A DNA stretch of 64,000 nt from Synechococcus sp. (GTDB lineage: Bacteria; Cyanobacteriota; Cyanobacteriia; PCC-6307; Cyanobiaceae): NCBI GenBank assembly GCA_047284725.1, contig JBJBEO010000001.1, forward strand, positions 1,048,203 to 1,112,202, read 5' to 3'. Below the pieces are notes generated by a model. The model saw nothing but the letters and a program-made list of their open reading frames with translations. It was not told the origin of the DNA and searched no databases. The position numbers were made by a program, and so were the translations under genes. Positions 1 to 8,993 of this stretch are shown one piece after another; position 1 is the first letter of the stretch; every line of letters starts with the position of its first letter.

Positions 1-230
1 TCACGTTCCAGACATTCAATCCGCTTTTCACGCAAACAGTGGCGGCAGCCTCCGGTGGTTTGCAGGTGCTTTTCTGGGGTGATGCAGATCTGCTGCACGG
101 GATGCTTGCGGCAGCGAATCTTGATCGGGCTCTTGTAGCTGCGGTAATGAATCTCGCTGTAATCAAAACGGTCACCAAAACGCTGTTTGGCTCGTTCCAG
201 AAACAAGTCTTTGGTGATCCGTGCTCCCAT
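1..230 (-). CDS. Small Cys/His-rich protein resembling DUF723 / phage-endonuclease-associated Zn-binding modules (runs off the window edge; absent from ORF track)
   Basis: Manual translation from ATG at 230: MGARITKDLFLERAKQRFGDRFDYSEIHYRSYKSPIKIRCRKHPVQQICITPEKHLQTTGGCRHCLREKRIECLER..., open to position 1; F-x-E-R-A...G-D-R-F-D-Y-S...C-x-x-H...H-L...G-C-x-x-C pattern. Confidence 0.7.
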   Translation of the reverse strand, partial: MGARITKDLFLERAKQRFGDRFDYSEIHYRSYKSPIKIRCRKHPVQQICITPEKHLQTTGGCRHCLREKRIECLER

Positions 231-283
231 GGCCCGAATCTATGGGCCGGACCCCACTGATCCCAATGAGATGTAGTGCCTTG

Positions 284-1885
284 TTACGCGCTGGGTGGTG
301 GATTGAGGTGCTGTTGTAAAGCCTCCTGCACAGAAGCCAGTGGCGTCGATTCATCGACCTGCACCGTGCGTGCCCTCTCGTGGGCATTGAGTGGTTCCAG
401 CCAGTGTTGTTGTTGTTGCCTCACGCTGAAGTCGGCTTCTGAGGGGTCCTCGCCGCATTGCGCGCGTCGTGACAAACGCTCAAGGGCGGTGTCGTCGGAG
501 CAGCTGCAGTGCACGATCGCTGCCTTTCGATTGAGCCGAGCGGACAAATCCAGCATGGTTTGCCTCTCGTGCTGACGCAGGAACGTGGCATCCAGAATCA
601 CGGGGTAGCCGCTCATCAAGCAGCGTTCTGTGAGCATGGGTAGATGCTGATCGAACAGCCAGCGGCTGATCTCGGCGCGATACGGATCCCCTGTGAACCT
701 GGCTGGTGCTGCGCCTGAGGGCGCAAAGGCACGAAGGCGTTCACGATCGGAACGGATCCGCACCGCCTCCAGGCTGATGCAGAGCCGCGCACTCAGGGTT
801 GATTTACCGCTGCCGCTCAGGCCGTGCATCAGCACGAGACCTCCCGATGCAGGGGCCTCATTGCCAGAGGCGGTTTGCAGGTACCGGTTCAGGTCTCGCC
901 GTAGGCGCTGCGTGGTGTGGTTCGACGGGGTTTGCTCCGCCTGCAGGGCGCACACCTTGGCGCGCACCATGGCGCGGTAGGCGTGATACCAGCGCCAGAG
1001 ATCCATGCCTGCATAGGCACCTGTGCATTCCAGCCAGGCATTGAGGGTTGTCATCGCCAGGGGCCTGGCGTTGTGCATCTGCAGGTCCATCACCAGGAAG
1101 GCCATTTCGCTGATCGGGTCGATCCAGCGCAGGTCGGGATTGAAGTCGATGGCATCGAATACCTCCAACTCCCCCTGGGAGGTGAAACGGATATTGCCGC
1201 AATGCAGATCACCGTGGCATTCACGGATCTCACCGTTCTGGTGGCGTGCTTCAAAACGTGCCGAGAGCTTTTGTTGTTGCTCCTGTGTCCATCGCCAATG
1301 CCGGTGCAGTTGTTCGCGCTGAGCGGGATCGCTGATCAGTCGATCCAGCACCGACAGGTTGGTGGAGACCGGTTCGCTTACCTGAGGGGGCGTTCCGAAG
1401 CTTTGTTCTCGTGAGGCGGCCGGCGCCTGCTGGTGAAATCGACCAAGGGACCAAGCCAGGTTGTTGAGTGCAGAGGCCTCGACGCTTCGCTGGGCCAATG
1501 TTGTGCTCAGCAGGTGTTCGGGCGGAAACTGACGCATCTTCACTGCCGCTTCAAGCATGCGTTGCCCCTGGGGCAGATGCAGGCTCTCAAGCATGCAGGC
1601 CTGCTCGACAGGGCCAATCACGGCCACAACCCCCAGATAGAGGTCGGCCGCCAGCCGTCGGTTGAGGCGTATCTCCTCGTGGCAGTAGTGCAGTCGTTGC
1701 TGCAGGGACGCCGCCTGCACGAAGCCCAGGTTGATCGGCTTCTTGATCTTGTAGGCGAAGGTTCCTGTGAGCAGAACCCAGGAGATATGCGTTTCGATCA
1801 GTTCCACCGTCTGCACGGGGTGGGGGTAGGCCTCAGGACGCATCAGGGCCTGGATCAGTGCTGGTGGCTCTGCAGTCGCGCCCAT
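284..1885 (-). CDS. Bifunctional aminoglycoside-phosphotransferase-like / AAA_33 P-loop kinase protein
   Basis: ETHISWV, YKIKKP and ECHGDLH kinase-like motifs; C-terminal Walker A GLSGSGKS and DATF. Confidence 0.9.
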   Translation of the reverse strand: MGATAEPPALIQALMRPEAYPHPVQTVELIETHISWVLLTGTFAYKIKKPINLGFVQAASLQQRLHYCHEEIRLNRRLAADLYLGVVAVIGPVEQACMLESLHLPQGQRMLEAAVKMRQFPPEHLLSTTLAQRSVEASALNNLAWSLGRFHQQAPAASREQSFGTPPQVSEPVSTNLSVLDRLISDPAQREQLHRHWRWTQEQQQKLSARFEARHQNGEIRECHGDLHCGNIRFTSQGELEVFDAIDFNPDLRWIDPISEMAFLVMDLQMHNARPLAMTTLNAWLECTGAYAGMDLWRWYHAYRAMVRAKVCALQAEQTPSNHTTQRLRRDLNRYLQTASGNEAPASGGLVLMHGLSGSGKSTLSARLCISLEAVRIRSDRERLRAFAPSGAAPARFTGDPYRAEISRWLFDQHLPMLTERCLMSGYPVILDATFLRQHERQTMLDLSARLNRKAAIVHCSCSDDTALERLSRRAQCGEDPSEADFSVRQQQQHWLEPLNAHERARTVQVDESTPLASVQEALQQHLNPPPSA

Positions 1886-1939
1886 CACGCATTGATCGCC
1901 TCAGCCTTCAGCATGGCGACAAGTCCGAGTGCCTGATTC

Positions 1940-2623
1940 ATGTCTGGCCTGCCCTGGAGCCACCACAGCGCCTGGTTGTCGCCCGCGGAGGCTTGCCGCT
2001 GGCAACAAGCTCTCACCGAGAAGCTGGTTTTTGATCAACCGCAGGTGTTGGTGTTCGGTCAACGCCATCTCACACCTCGGTTGGCTGCGTTTCTGGCGGA
2101 CCCTTCGGTGACTTACCGGTACAGCGGTGTCGAGCATCGGGGCCAGGGGTGGCCCGATTGGTTTGCGCCGTTGCTGCATCAAGTGAATGACCGTTGTGGC
2201 GTGTCGTTTAACGGATGTCTGTGCAATCTCTATCGCGACGGTCACGACCGGATGGGATGGCATGCCGACGATGAACCTGAAATCGACGCCAACCAGCCGA
2301 TCGCTTCCCTGTCACTGGGGGCGACCCGTTGTTTTCAGCTCCGTCGTCGTGATGGGTCCGATCGCCAGTCCCTGGACCTCGCTGATGGAGATCTGTTGGT
2401 GATGACCCCCCCTTGCCAGCAGGAATGGGTGCATGGCCTGCCCGTGCGCAAGCAGATCCGCACGGTCCGTCTCAATCTCACGTTCCGGGTGTTCAGAGTC
2501 CCTGCAGCACCATCCACCACATGGGAACACTCACCAAAGCCAACAGGGTGCTGCGAAGAATCAATCGAGCGGCCAGATCGGCATCTCGACCAGCATGCTC
2601 CGCCATCAGCAGGACGGAAATAG
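1940..2623 (+). CDS. alkB: AlkB-family 2OG-Fe(II) dioxygenase (alkylated DNA repair)
   Basis: NLYRDGHDRMGWHADDE (HxD), IASLSLGA, WVHGLP, RLNLTFR; C-terminal tail overlaps the convergent gene. Confidence 0.88.
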   Translation: MSGLPWSHHSAWLSPAEACRWQQALTEKLVFDQPQVLVFGQRHLTPRLAAFLADPSVTYRYSGVEHRGQGWPDWFAPLLHQVNDRCGVSFNGCLCNLYRDGHDRMGWHADDEPEIDANQPIASLSLGATRCFQLRRRDGSDRQSLDLADGDLLVMTPPCQQEWVHGLPVRKQIRTVRLNLTFRVFRVPAAPSTTWEHSPKPTGCCEESIERPDRHLDQHAPPSAGRK

Positions 2624-3476
2624 CTGCCGGAGCTGCCCCTTGCAGCACCAGGGCCTGACGACTCAGTGCCGTGATGGGGAGAAGGCTGCACACCATCCAG
2701 ACCCAGCAGGGAAAAAGCAGCAATTTACTGATCAGTGCCGCACGGATCTGCTTCGGTGGTGTGACTCTGGAGAGCAGGTCAGCCTTGGTTGGTTCCGCTG
2801 TCGCGTTCGTGTCTTGGCTCTCTGCCTGCGTGGATGGCAGAGCCCCAAGGCGCATGCCGACCACCACCAGGGCCAGCACAATCACAACTCGCGAGGGCAG
2901 CCATAACGCGGATGCGATGGCGTCGCTCCACGGGGTTGCCTGCACGATCCAGGCACCGACCAGCCCACGCGTGGCGGGGCTTGCTGCCACCTGCATCAGT
3001 AAATCCCTCACCACGGCTGGCTGCCCCCTGGCCTGATCGTTCTGGCGCTGTAACCAGAAGAGGCCAAGACTCCAGGCCAGCAGCGTGGCCCCAAGGTCGT
3101 AGCCGATGCTGATCGGCAAGGCCTCGGCCGGCAGCAGAGCCAGGGCGACGGGGATGCCGAAATAAGCTGTGTTCCCAAGGGCGCAGCCAATCTGGAGGGT
3201 GGGGCTGACCACCCTTTGCCAGGGTTTCGGCAGCTGCTGCATCACCAGCATCCAAAGGGCGATGGCCAGGGCTGCAGTGAGGGCCATGCCGGCCAGATTC
3301 CATGACAAGCCCCCTTTGAGCAGCAAGCCCATCACGCTCACGGGGACGCCGTAACGCACGAGGGGGGTGGCGAGCGGTCGTGTCCAGTGGGGCCTGGCCC
3401 TGCCGATCCAGAGTCCCAGTGCGAGCGAGGGGACTAATTCCGCGACCAGGCGGATGATGGGAGCAACGGGATGCAT
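2493..3476 (-). CDS. AEC-family (auxin efflux carrier / malate permease-like) transporter
   Basis: Multiple hydrophobic segments; GNTAYFGIP and LQGAAPAA motifs; start uncertain (3476-3500). Confidence 0.85.
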   Translation of the reverse strand: MHPVAPIIRLVAELVPSLALGLWIGRARPHWTRPLATPLVRYGVPVSVMGLLLKGGLSWNLAGMALTAALAIALWMLVMQQLPKPWQRVVSPTLQIGCALGNTAYFGIPVALALLPAEALPISIGYDLGATLLAWSLGLFWLQRQNDQARGQPAVVRDLLMQVAASPATRGLVGAWIVQATPWSDAIASALWLPSRVVIVLALVVVGMRLGALPSTQAESQDTNATAEPTKADLLSRVTPPKQIRAALISKLLLFPCWVWMVCSLLPITALSRQALVLQGAAPAAISVLLMAEHAGRDADLAARLILRSTLLALVSVPMWWMVLQGL

Positions 3477-3548
3477 CCTCGAAACAGTAAGCACAAACAC
3501 CGCTCTCGCCTTGTGCCAAAGTGGCTACTGTCTATTGATGGAATCGCT

Positions 3549-3758
3549 ATGGCTTTTGCTGCGGCGCCTTCGTGTTCGATTCCGCTGCGCGTTCTGCAGT
3601 TGCGTTCCTCTCTGCGCAGGCGGTTGGATCAGCTGCGGCTCAAGCTGTCGCATCAGGTGGAAACGCTTCCGTTTGGCAATGAAAGTTGGCTGCAGACGGA
3701 GAGAGAGTTGCTCGCCGCCGAGAAGGCTTTGCGTTCTCTTTCCATCGCGGATCGTTGA
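3549..3758 (+). CDS. Small hypothetical coiled-coil protein
   Basis: ATG at 3549 in frame of ORF 3471..3758; fills the intergenic gap; LSHQVETLPFGNESWLQTERELLAAEKAL looks protein-like. Confidence 0.6.
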   Translation: MAFAAAPSCSIPLRVLQLRSSLRRRLDQLRLKLSHQVETLPFGNESWLQTERELLAAEKALRSLSIADR

Positions 3759-3822
3759 TCGAGCGCTTCCCTTGCTTGATGTTTTCTGGGCGTTATAACA
3801 ATTTGGTTGCGTTTAACTTTTG

Positions 3823-4188
3823 ATGCTGACTGGTGCTGAGCTCCTCGCCAAGGTGAAGGAGATGGGGGATGCCTCGAAGACCGATCTGGCGACGGCTTGT
3901 GGCTATGTCTCCCAGAAAAAGGATGGCTCCGACCGCGTTAATTTCACGGCGTTTTATGAGGCTCTGCTCAACGCCAAGGGCATTGACCTGGGCAGTGGTG
4001 GTGCCGGCATTGGCAAGGCAGGTCGGAAGCTGTCCTACATTGCGAAGGTGCAAGGCAATGGCAATCTGTTGATCGGCAAGGCCTATACCGCCATGCTGGA
4101 TCTCAAGCCTGGTGACAATTTTGAAATCAAGCTTGGCCGTAAGGTGATTCGTCTTGTTCCCGAAGGAGGCCTTGACGGCGAGGAGTGA
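3823..4188 (+). CDS. Cyanobacterial AbrB-like transcriptional regulator (cyAbrB)
   Basis: LTGAELLAKVKE, ACGY, FYEALLNAKG, VQGNGNLLIGKAYT, FEIKLGRKVIRL. Confidence 0.93.
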   Translation: MLTGAELLAKVKEMGDASKTDLATACGYVSQKKDGSDRVNFTAFYEALLNAKGIDLGSGGAGIGKAGRKLSYIAKVQGNGNLLIGKAYTAMLDLKPGDNFEIKLGRKVIRLVPEGGLDGEE

Positions 4189-4217
4189 TCGTTGTGTTCG
4201 ATCAAGCTTGAGGCGAT

Positions 4218-4985
4218 TTAATTGATCTGACTGAGAAAGCGCCGTGTTCGCTCTTCCCGGGCCTGCGTGAAGAACGTTTCCGGATCGGCGCTTTCAATCA
4301 CCCGTCCCCCGTCCATGAACAGGACGCGATCAGCGACATCGCGCGCAAACCCCAGTTCATGGGTGACGACAACCATGGTCATGCCCTGGCTGGCCAGAGT
4401 GCGCATCGCATCGAGCACTTCTTTGATCCGCTCCGGATCGAGAGCGCTGGTGGGCTCATCAAACAGCATCACCTCCGGCTTCAGCGCCAACGCGCGAGCG
4501 ATGGCGACTCGCTGTTGCTGGCCGCCGCTCAGTTGGGCAGGATATTTGTTGGCTTGCTCCGCAATTCCCATCTGCTCAAGCAACTGCAGGGCTCGCTCTT
4601 CCGCGAGCTCACGCTTCTGGTGCTGCACGCGCACCGGAGCCAGGGTGATGTTGTCGAGGATGGAGAGATGGGGAAACAGGTTGAACTGCTGAAACACCAT
4701 GCCCACGCGTTTACGGATCCGCTGAATTCGTCGCGGCTCAGCATCGCGATCGAGGCCGATGTCGAGCACGCGCAGCTCCCCTGAGTCGATGCTTTCCAAG
4801 CCATTGAAGGTGCGAATCAGCGTGCTTTTGCCAGAGCCGGATGGGCCCATCACCACCAGCACTTCACCATGGGCGACCTCCATGCAGACATCATCGAGAG
4901 CGCGGTGGCCAGCTCCGAAGGTCTTGCAAACGTGGCGGGCTTCGATGGCAGCGTGCATGGGATCGAACCGGGACGAGGAATGCAT
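4218..4985 (-). CDS. Polar amino-acid ABC transporter ATP-binding subunit
   Basis: GPSGSGKS, LSGGQQQRVAIAR, FDEPTSALDPE, VTHE. Confidence 0.95.
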   Translation of the reverse strand: MHSSSRFDPMHAAIEARHVCKTFGAGHRALDDVCMEVAHGEVLVVMGPSGSGKSTLIRTFNGLESIDSGELRVLDIGLDRDAEPRRIQRIRKRVGMVFQQFNLFPHLSILDNITLAPVRVQHQKRELAEERALQLLEQMGIAEQANKYPAQLSGGQQQRVAIARALALKPEVMLFDEPTSALDPERIKEVLDAMRTLASQGMTMVVVTHELGFARDVADRVLFMDGGRVIESADPETFFTQAREERTRRFLSQIN

Positions 4986-6007
4986 CAGCGGGTATGGCCA
5001 CCGAGAGGAGGTCCGCTCAGCTCAAGTTTGCGCGCCAGCAGGGCCATGGCAGTACAGAACAGCCAGTAGAGAGCGCCCAGCCAGACATACACCTCAAGGT
5101 GACGTCCGATGAATGCGGGGTTGGCCAGGAGACTGCGGCCGATTCCGAGAAGCTCAACCAGGCCGAGAAGAGCCATCAGGCTGGTGTTCTGCAGCAACCC
5201 GATCGCCTGGTTTGTGAGGGCTGGAATGGCGATGCGCATGGTCTGGGGCAAAATCACCAGCTGCAAACTCTGCAAGGGTGAGAGACCAAGCGCTGCTGCC
5301 GCCTCAGTCTGGGTGGCGGGGATGGCCTGAAGTCCGCCGCGCACATCTTCGGCGACGTAGGCCGCTGCAAAGAGAGCAAAGGCGACAATGGCCCGCAGCA
5401 CCCTGTTGATTTCAAGCTCCACCGGCAGGAACAGGGGAATGAGGAGCTGGCCGAAGAACAGCACAGCAATGAGGGGAACCGCTCGCATCAGGTCGATGTA
5501 GAGCCTGCTGAAACTGCGGATCACCGGGAGTTCACTGCGCCGACCGAGCGCCAGCAGAATGCCGATCGGCAGGGCCAGGGCCCCACTGCAGGTCGTGAGC
5601 AGAAGGGTGAGGCTGAGTCCACCCCAGGCACGGCTGGGCACTGCAGTGAGGCCTAGGACACCTGCGAGCAGACCAACACCCAGGGGAATCATCATGATCC
5701 AGCACCAGGGCAGGATCAGCCGAAACCAGCGCACGGGTCTGCCGGTGGTGGGCAGGAACAGCGTGGCGACGGCGCACAGAATCAGTGCGATGAACCACAC
5801 CATCGGCCGCCAGCGTTCTGGCGCGGGATAACTGCCTGCGGCGAAGAGGGGGAGATTGCTGTGCACCACCGACCAGTCGGCTGCGCTGAACACCCAAACG
5901 CCACTCGCCCAAACGGCCCAGCCGATCAACCCGATCACCATCAGGCTTGCAACGCTGTCGATCGGATGGCGCCGGCAATGACGTCGGAGCGAAGTCCAGA
6001 GGTTCAT
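4985..6007 (-). CDS. Amino-acid ABC transporter permease (AapM/NatH-like)
   Basis: AAYVAEDVRGGLQAIP EAA loop; multiple TM segments; translationally coupled to neighbours. Confidence 0.92.
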   Translation of the reverse strand: MNLWTSLRRHCRRHPIDSVASLMVIGLIGWAVWASGVWVFSAADWSVVHSNLPLFAAGSYPAPERWRPMVWFIALILCAVATLFLPTTGRPVRWFRLILPWCWIMMIPLGVGLLAGVLGLTAVPSRAWGGLSLTLLLTTCSGALALPIGILLALGRRSELPVIRSFSRLYIDLMRAVPLIAVLFFGQLLIPLFLPVELEINRVLRAIVAFALFAAAYVAEDVRGGLQAIPATQTEAAAALGLSPLQSLQLVILPQTMRIAIPALTNQAIGLLQNTSLMALLGLVELLGIGRSLLANPAFIGRHLEVYVWLGALYWLFCTAMALLARKLELSGPPLGGHTR

Positions 6008-6513
6008 CAGGCGGAGGGAGGTGCCGAGGCATCAGCTCGAAACAGATTGAGTGCTGTCATGAACAAGCCCACGCCGAACAGGGTGCCGAGAGCCCAGACA
6101 CTGTCACTGGGCCATTCGAGCAACAGAAAAAGGCCCAGAACAGACGTGATCAGACCGTCCACAATCACAATGCCGCCGGTTTGCTTGCCCGCACTGGCCC
6201 CCGCCGCCAGCTCCATCACGCCATTCACCAGCAGCAGCACGCCGGCAAACAGCGTCAGGCTCACCTCACTGTCGATCGGGTCCACCAGGACCCAAAGGGC
6301 TGCAGAGCAATAGAGAATTCCCGACAATGCCAGGAAGACTTTGGCGGTCATGCCATCAGGTCCCCCCAGGCGAAGCAGCTGACCGATGCCGGCAGCGAAT
6401 GCGATCCCGCCAAGGCCCACGGTGAGCAGCGTGGCCGAAAGAAACGGCAGCACGATCGCTGCAATGGCGGCAAGGGTGAGCAGGATCGCTGCCATCGTGG
6501 ATTTGGCTGGCAT
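6007..6513 (-). CDS. HdeD/DUF308-family membrane protein
   Basis: About six TM helices, repeated G-x-L/P pattern, WPSDSVWALGTLFGV. Confidence 0.78.
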   Translation of the reverse strand: MPAKSTMAAILLTLAAIAAIVLPFLSATLLTVGLGGIAFAAGIGQLLRLGGPDGMTAKVFLALSGILYCSAALWVLVDPIDSEVSLTLFAGVLLLVNGVMELAAGASAGKQTGGIVIVDGLITSVLGLFLLLEWPSDSVWALGTLFGVGLFMTALNLFRADASAPPSA

Positions 6514-6537
6514 GGTGGCGTTGGATGTGTGAGGAGT

Positions 6538-7443
6538 TTAAGAACGCTGTCCACGCTGAATGATGGTTCTGTTCAACAGCTGCATGCCGGCATTGATGAT
6601 CAGATTGAGCAGAAGAAAGCTGAGCAGAAGCAACAGAAACCCTTCAATGGCCCGACCGGTTTGGGTGATGGTTGTGTCACTCACTGCATAGAGGTCTGCG
6701 TAGCCAACGGCAATGGCCAGGGTGCTGTTCTTGGCGAGGTTGAGGTACTGACTGCTGAGGCCGGGGATGATCGCTGGCAAGGCCTGGGGGAGCACAACGC
6801 GCCGTAACCCCATCCCTTCGCCCAGCCCCAGGCTTCGAAACGCTTCCCATTGGCCGCGGGGCACGGCATCGAGCCCTCCTCGAACGACTTCGGCGATGGA
6901 CGCTCCGGTGAACACACTCAACCCGAGCAGAACGGCGGTGAATTCAACGCTGAGGTGCACCCCCAGCACGGCGATGCCCTGATTGGTGAAACTGAGCAAT
7001 GATCCGAGAGGTGAGGGACTGCGCTGCGGCAGGCCAAGCAGGGCCACGAAATACCAGAACAGCAGTTGCAGCAGCAGTGGGATCTGCCTCACCAGGCCCA
7101 CATACAGAGCAGAGACTCCGCGTAGGAAGGGATTGACACTGCGTCGGGCAGCCCCCGCCAGCACACCGAGCACCGTGGCTGTGATCAGCCCCGCAATGAT
7201 CACCTTGAGGCTGTTCAGCCAACCGATCAACAGTGCCCAGGCGTAGCTGTCGGAGGGCTGGTACGGAAGGCTCGATTCAGCCAGGGCAAATCCAGCCGGT
7301 CGGCCCAGCCACTCAAAGCTCAATCCCAGGCCGGTGCGGATCAGATTCACGGCCAGGTTGTTCACCACAATCGCGCTCACGGTGAGCAATAGCGCCACAA
7401 CTCCGAGTTGGGCAACCAGCCGTTTCGTTGACCGTGGCATCAT
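6538..7443 (-). CDS. Amino-acid ABC transporter permease (AapQ/NatG-like)
   Basis: RQIPLLLQLLFWY, AEVVRGG, YLNLAKNSTLAIAVGY. Confidence 0.92.
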   Translation of the reverse strand: MMPRSTKRLVAQLGVVALLLTVSAIVVNNLAVNLIRTGLGLSFEWLGRPAGFALAESSLPYQPSDSYAWALLIGWLNSLKVIIAGLITATVLGVLAGAARRSVNPFLRGVSALYVGLVRQIPLLLQLLFWYFVALLGLPQRSPSPLGSLLSFTNQGIAVLGVHLSVEFTAVLLGLSVFTGASIAEVVRGGLDAVPRGQWEAFRSLGLGEGMGLRRVVLPQALPAIIPGLSSQYLNLAKNSTLAIAVGYADLYAVSDTTITQTGRAIEGFLLLLLSFLLLNLIINAGMQLLNRTIIQRGQRS

Positions 7444-7451
7444 AGTTCAGC

Positions 7452-8510
7452 TCACTGAAAGGGAGGCGCGGTCATGGCTCCTCCATCGCGATAGAGCTGA
7501 TTCATGCCCCTGGGGATTGGCACGGCACTGGTGGGACCGAGGTGGCGGTCATAGATCTCTCCGTAGTGGCCCGTGGCTTCGATGGCTCGCACCACAAAAT
7601 CATTGGCGAGGCCCAGTTTTTTGCCCAGTTCGCCTTCCACTCCTAGAAAACGACGTCGCTGTGTCAGTTCCGGCTGGGCTTTCGCTTCGGCCAGCTTGTC
7701 ACGCACATTGGCTTGCGTGATGCCGAGTTCTTCGGCGGTGATCAGGGCATAAACGACCCAGCGCATGGCATCGCCGAGCTGTTGATCCCCTCCCACAGAC
7801 AACGGCGCCAGGGGTTCTTTGCTCAGTACGCCTTCGAGAATGCGGTGCTGCTTGGGATTGTCGAAGCCTGAACGGGCTGCAGCCAGTTGGGAGCGGTCGG
7901 ACGTCATGGCGGCGCAGCGGCCCTGGAGATAACCCGCCACCACTTGATTGAGGTCCTGGTATTTGATCGGTTGATAGGGGATGCCTTGGCTTTCAAAGGC
8001 GTCGTTGAGGTTTTGCTCGGTGGTGGTGCCAGAGCCGACGCAAATGCTTTGACCGCTCAGGTCGGCGAGGGATCGGATGCCGCTGCTGGCCTTCACCATC
8101 AGCCCTTGACCGTCGTGGAACACCACTGGCGCGAAACTGACGCCGTTTCCACCTCCGGCATCACGACTGAGGTTGTTGGTGGTGTTGCGCGACAGCAAAT
8201 CGATTTCACCGGTGCGCAGAGCGGTAAAGCGTTCAGGCGCCGTCAAAGGGCGGTACTCAATGGCCTTGGCATCACCGACAAACGCTGCCGCGAAGGCTTT
8301 GCAGAGATCCACATCCAGCCCGGAATAAGTGCCATCAGCGCTGAGAAAGCTGAAACCAGGAATCTTGCCGCTGACGCCACAGCGCAGGCTCTGGCGTTGC
8401 TGGATCAGACCAAGGCGGGAGGCACCCCCATCTCCGAGGGATGCACATGACTGCAGCAGCAAGGTTCCTGCTGCAAGCAATCCACCAAGGATGCGGAGCT
8501 GCATGGTCAT
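7452..8510 (-). CDS. Amino-acid ABC transporter substrate-binding lipoprotein (AapJ/NatF-like)
   Basis: Lipobox-like LLLQSC, ERFTAL, LLSRNTT, GTTTEQN, SKEPL; start set at ATG 8510. Confidence 0.92.
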   Translation of the reverse strand: MTMQLRILGGLLAAGTLLLQSCASLGDGGASRLGLIQQRQSLRCGVSGKIPGFSFLSADGTYSGLDVDLCKAFAAAFVGDAKAIEYRPLTAPERFTALRTGEIDLLSRNTTNNLSRDAGGGNGVSFAPVVFHDGQGLMVKASSGIRSLADLSGQSICVGSGTTTEQNLNDAFESQGIPYQPIKYQDLNQVVAGYLQGRCAAMTSDRSQLAAARSGFDNPKQHRILEGVLSKEPLAPLSVGGDQQLGDAMRWVVYALITAEELGITQANVRDKLAEAKAQPELTQRRRFLGVEGELGKKLGLANDFVVRAIEATGHYGEIYDRHLGPTSAVPIPRGMNQLYRDGGAMTAPPFQ

Positions 8511-8617
8511 CTGTCGTTCCCCCAAGTGTCTCAAACCTTCGCGAACAAGACCTTCGGCAATGGATGGCTGGATCCGTGCACTGTCCTTAGGTTGGCCATG
8601 GCCGTTGAGCTGAAGAG

Positions 8618-8968
8618 ATGAATGGATGCCGTTGGATCGCCTTGTCCGCATCCCTCACCGCGTCATTGGCCGTTTCAGCAATGGCCTTGCCAGCTCCGCT
8701 CGTTGCAGCTCCCCAAGCCAACGAGGTAGAGGCCATGAGGCGGATCTACAACAACAAAATGGCGTTGATTGGAATCCTCCGAGAGAGTGCGAGGCAACGG
8801 GCGATGGCAGAGGGAGACCTGCAGACCCTTTGCTTGATTCTGGGGATTGGGCTTGATGTGACCGATCGATACCTCGATCAAGTTCCCGGCAATGCCGCTC
8901 TCAACACCCGTCGCCGTCTGATGGTCAAGGATCTGGAAACCTGCCGGAGGGGTTTGGAGGCAGGCTGA
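8618..8968 (+). CDS. Hypothetical exported protein
   Basis: Signal-peptide-like N-terminus, two Cys in the mature part; fills the intergenic gap. Confidence 0.6.
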   Translation: MNGCRWIALSASLTASLAVSAMALPAPLVAAPQANEVEAMRRIYNNKMALIGILRESARQRAMAEGDLQTLCLILGIGLDVTDRYLDQVPGNAALNTRRRLMVKDLETCRRGLEAG

Positions 8969-8993
8969 CCACCCGTTGACGCAGGCCAGGGAC

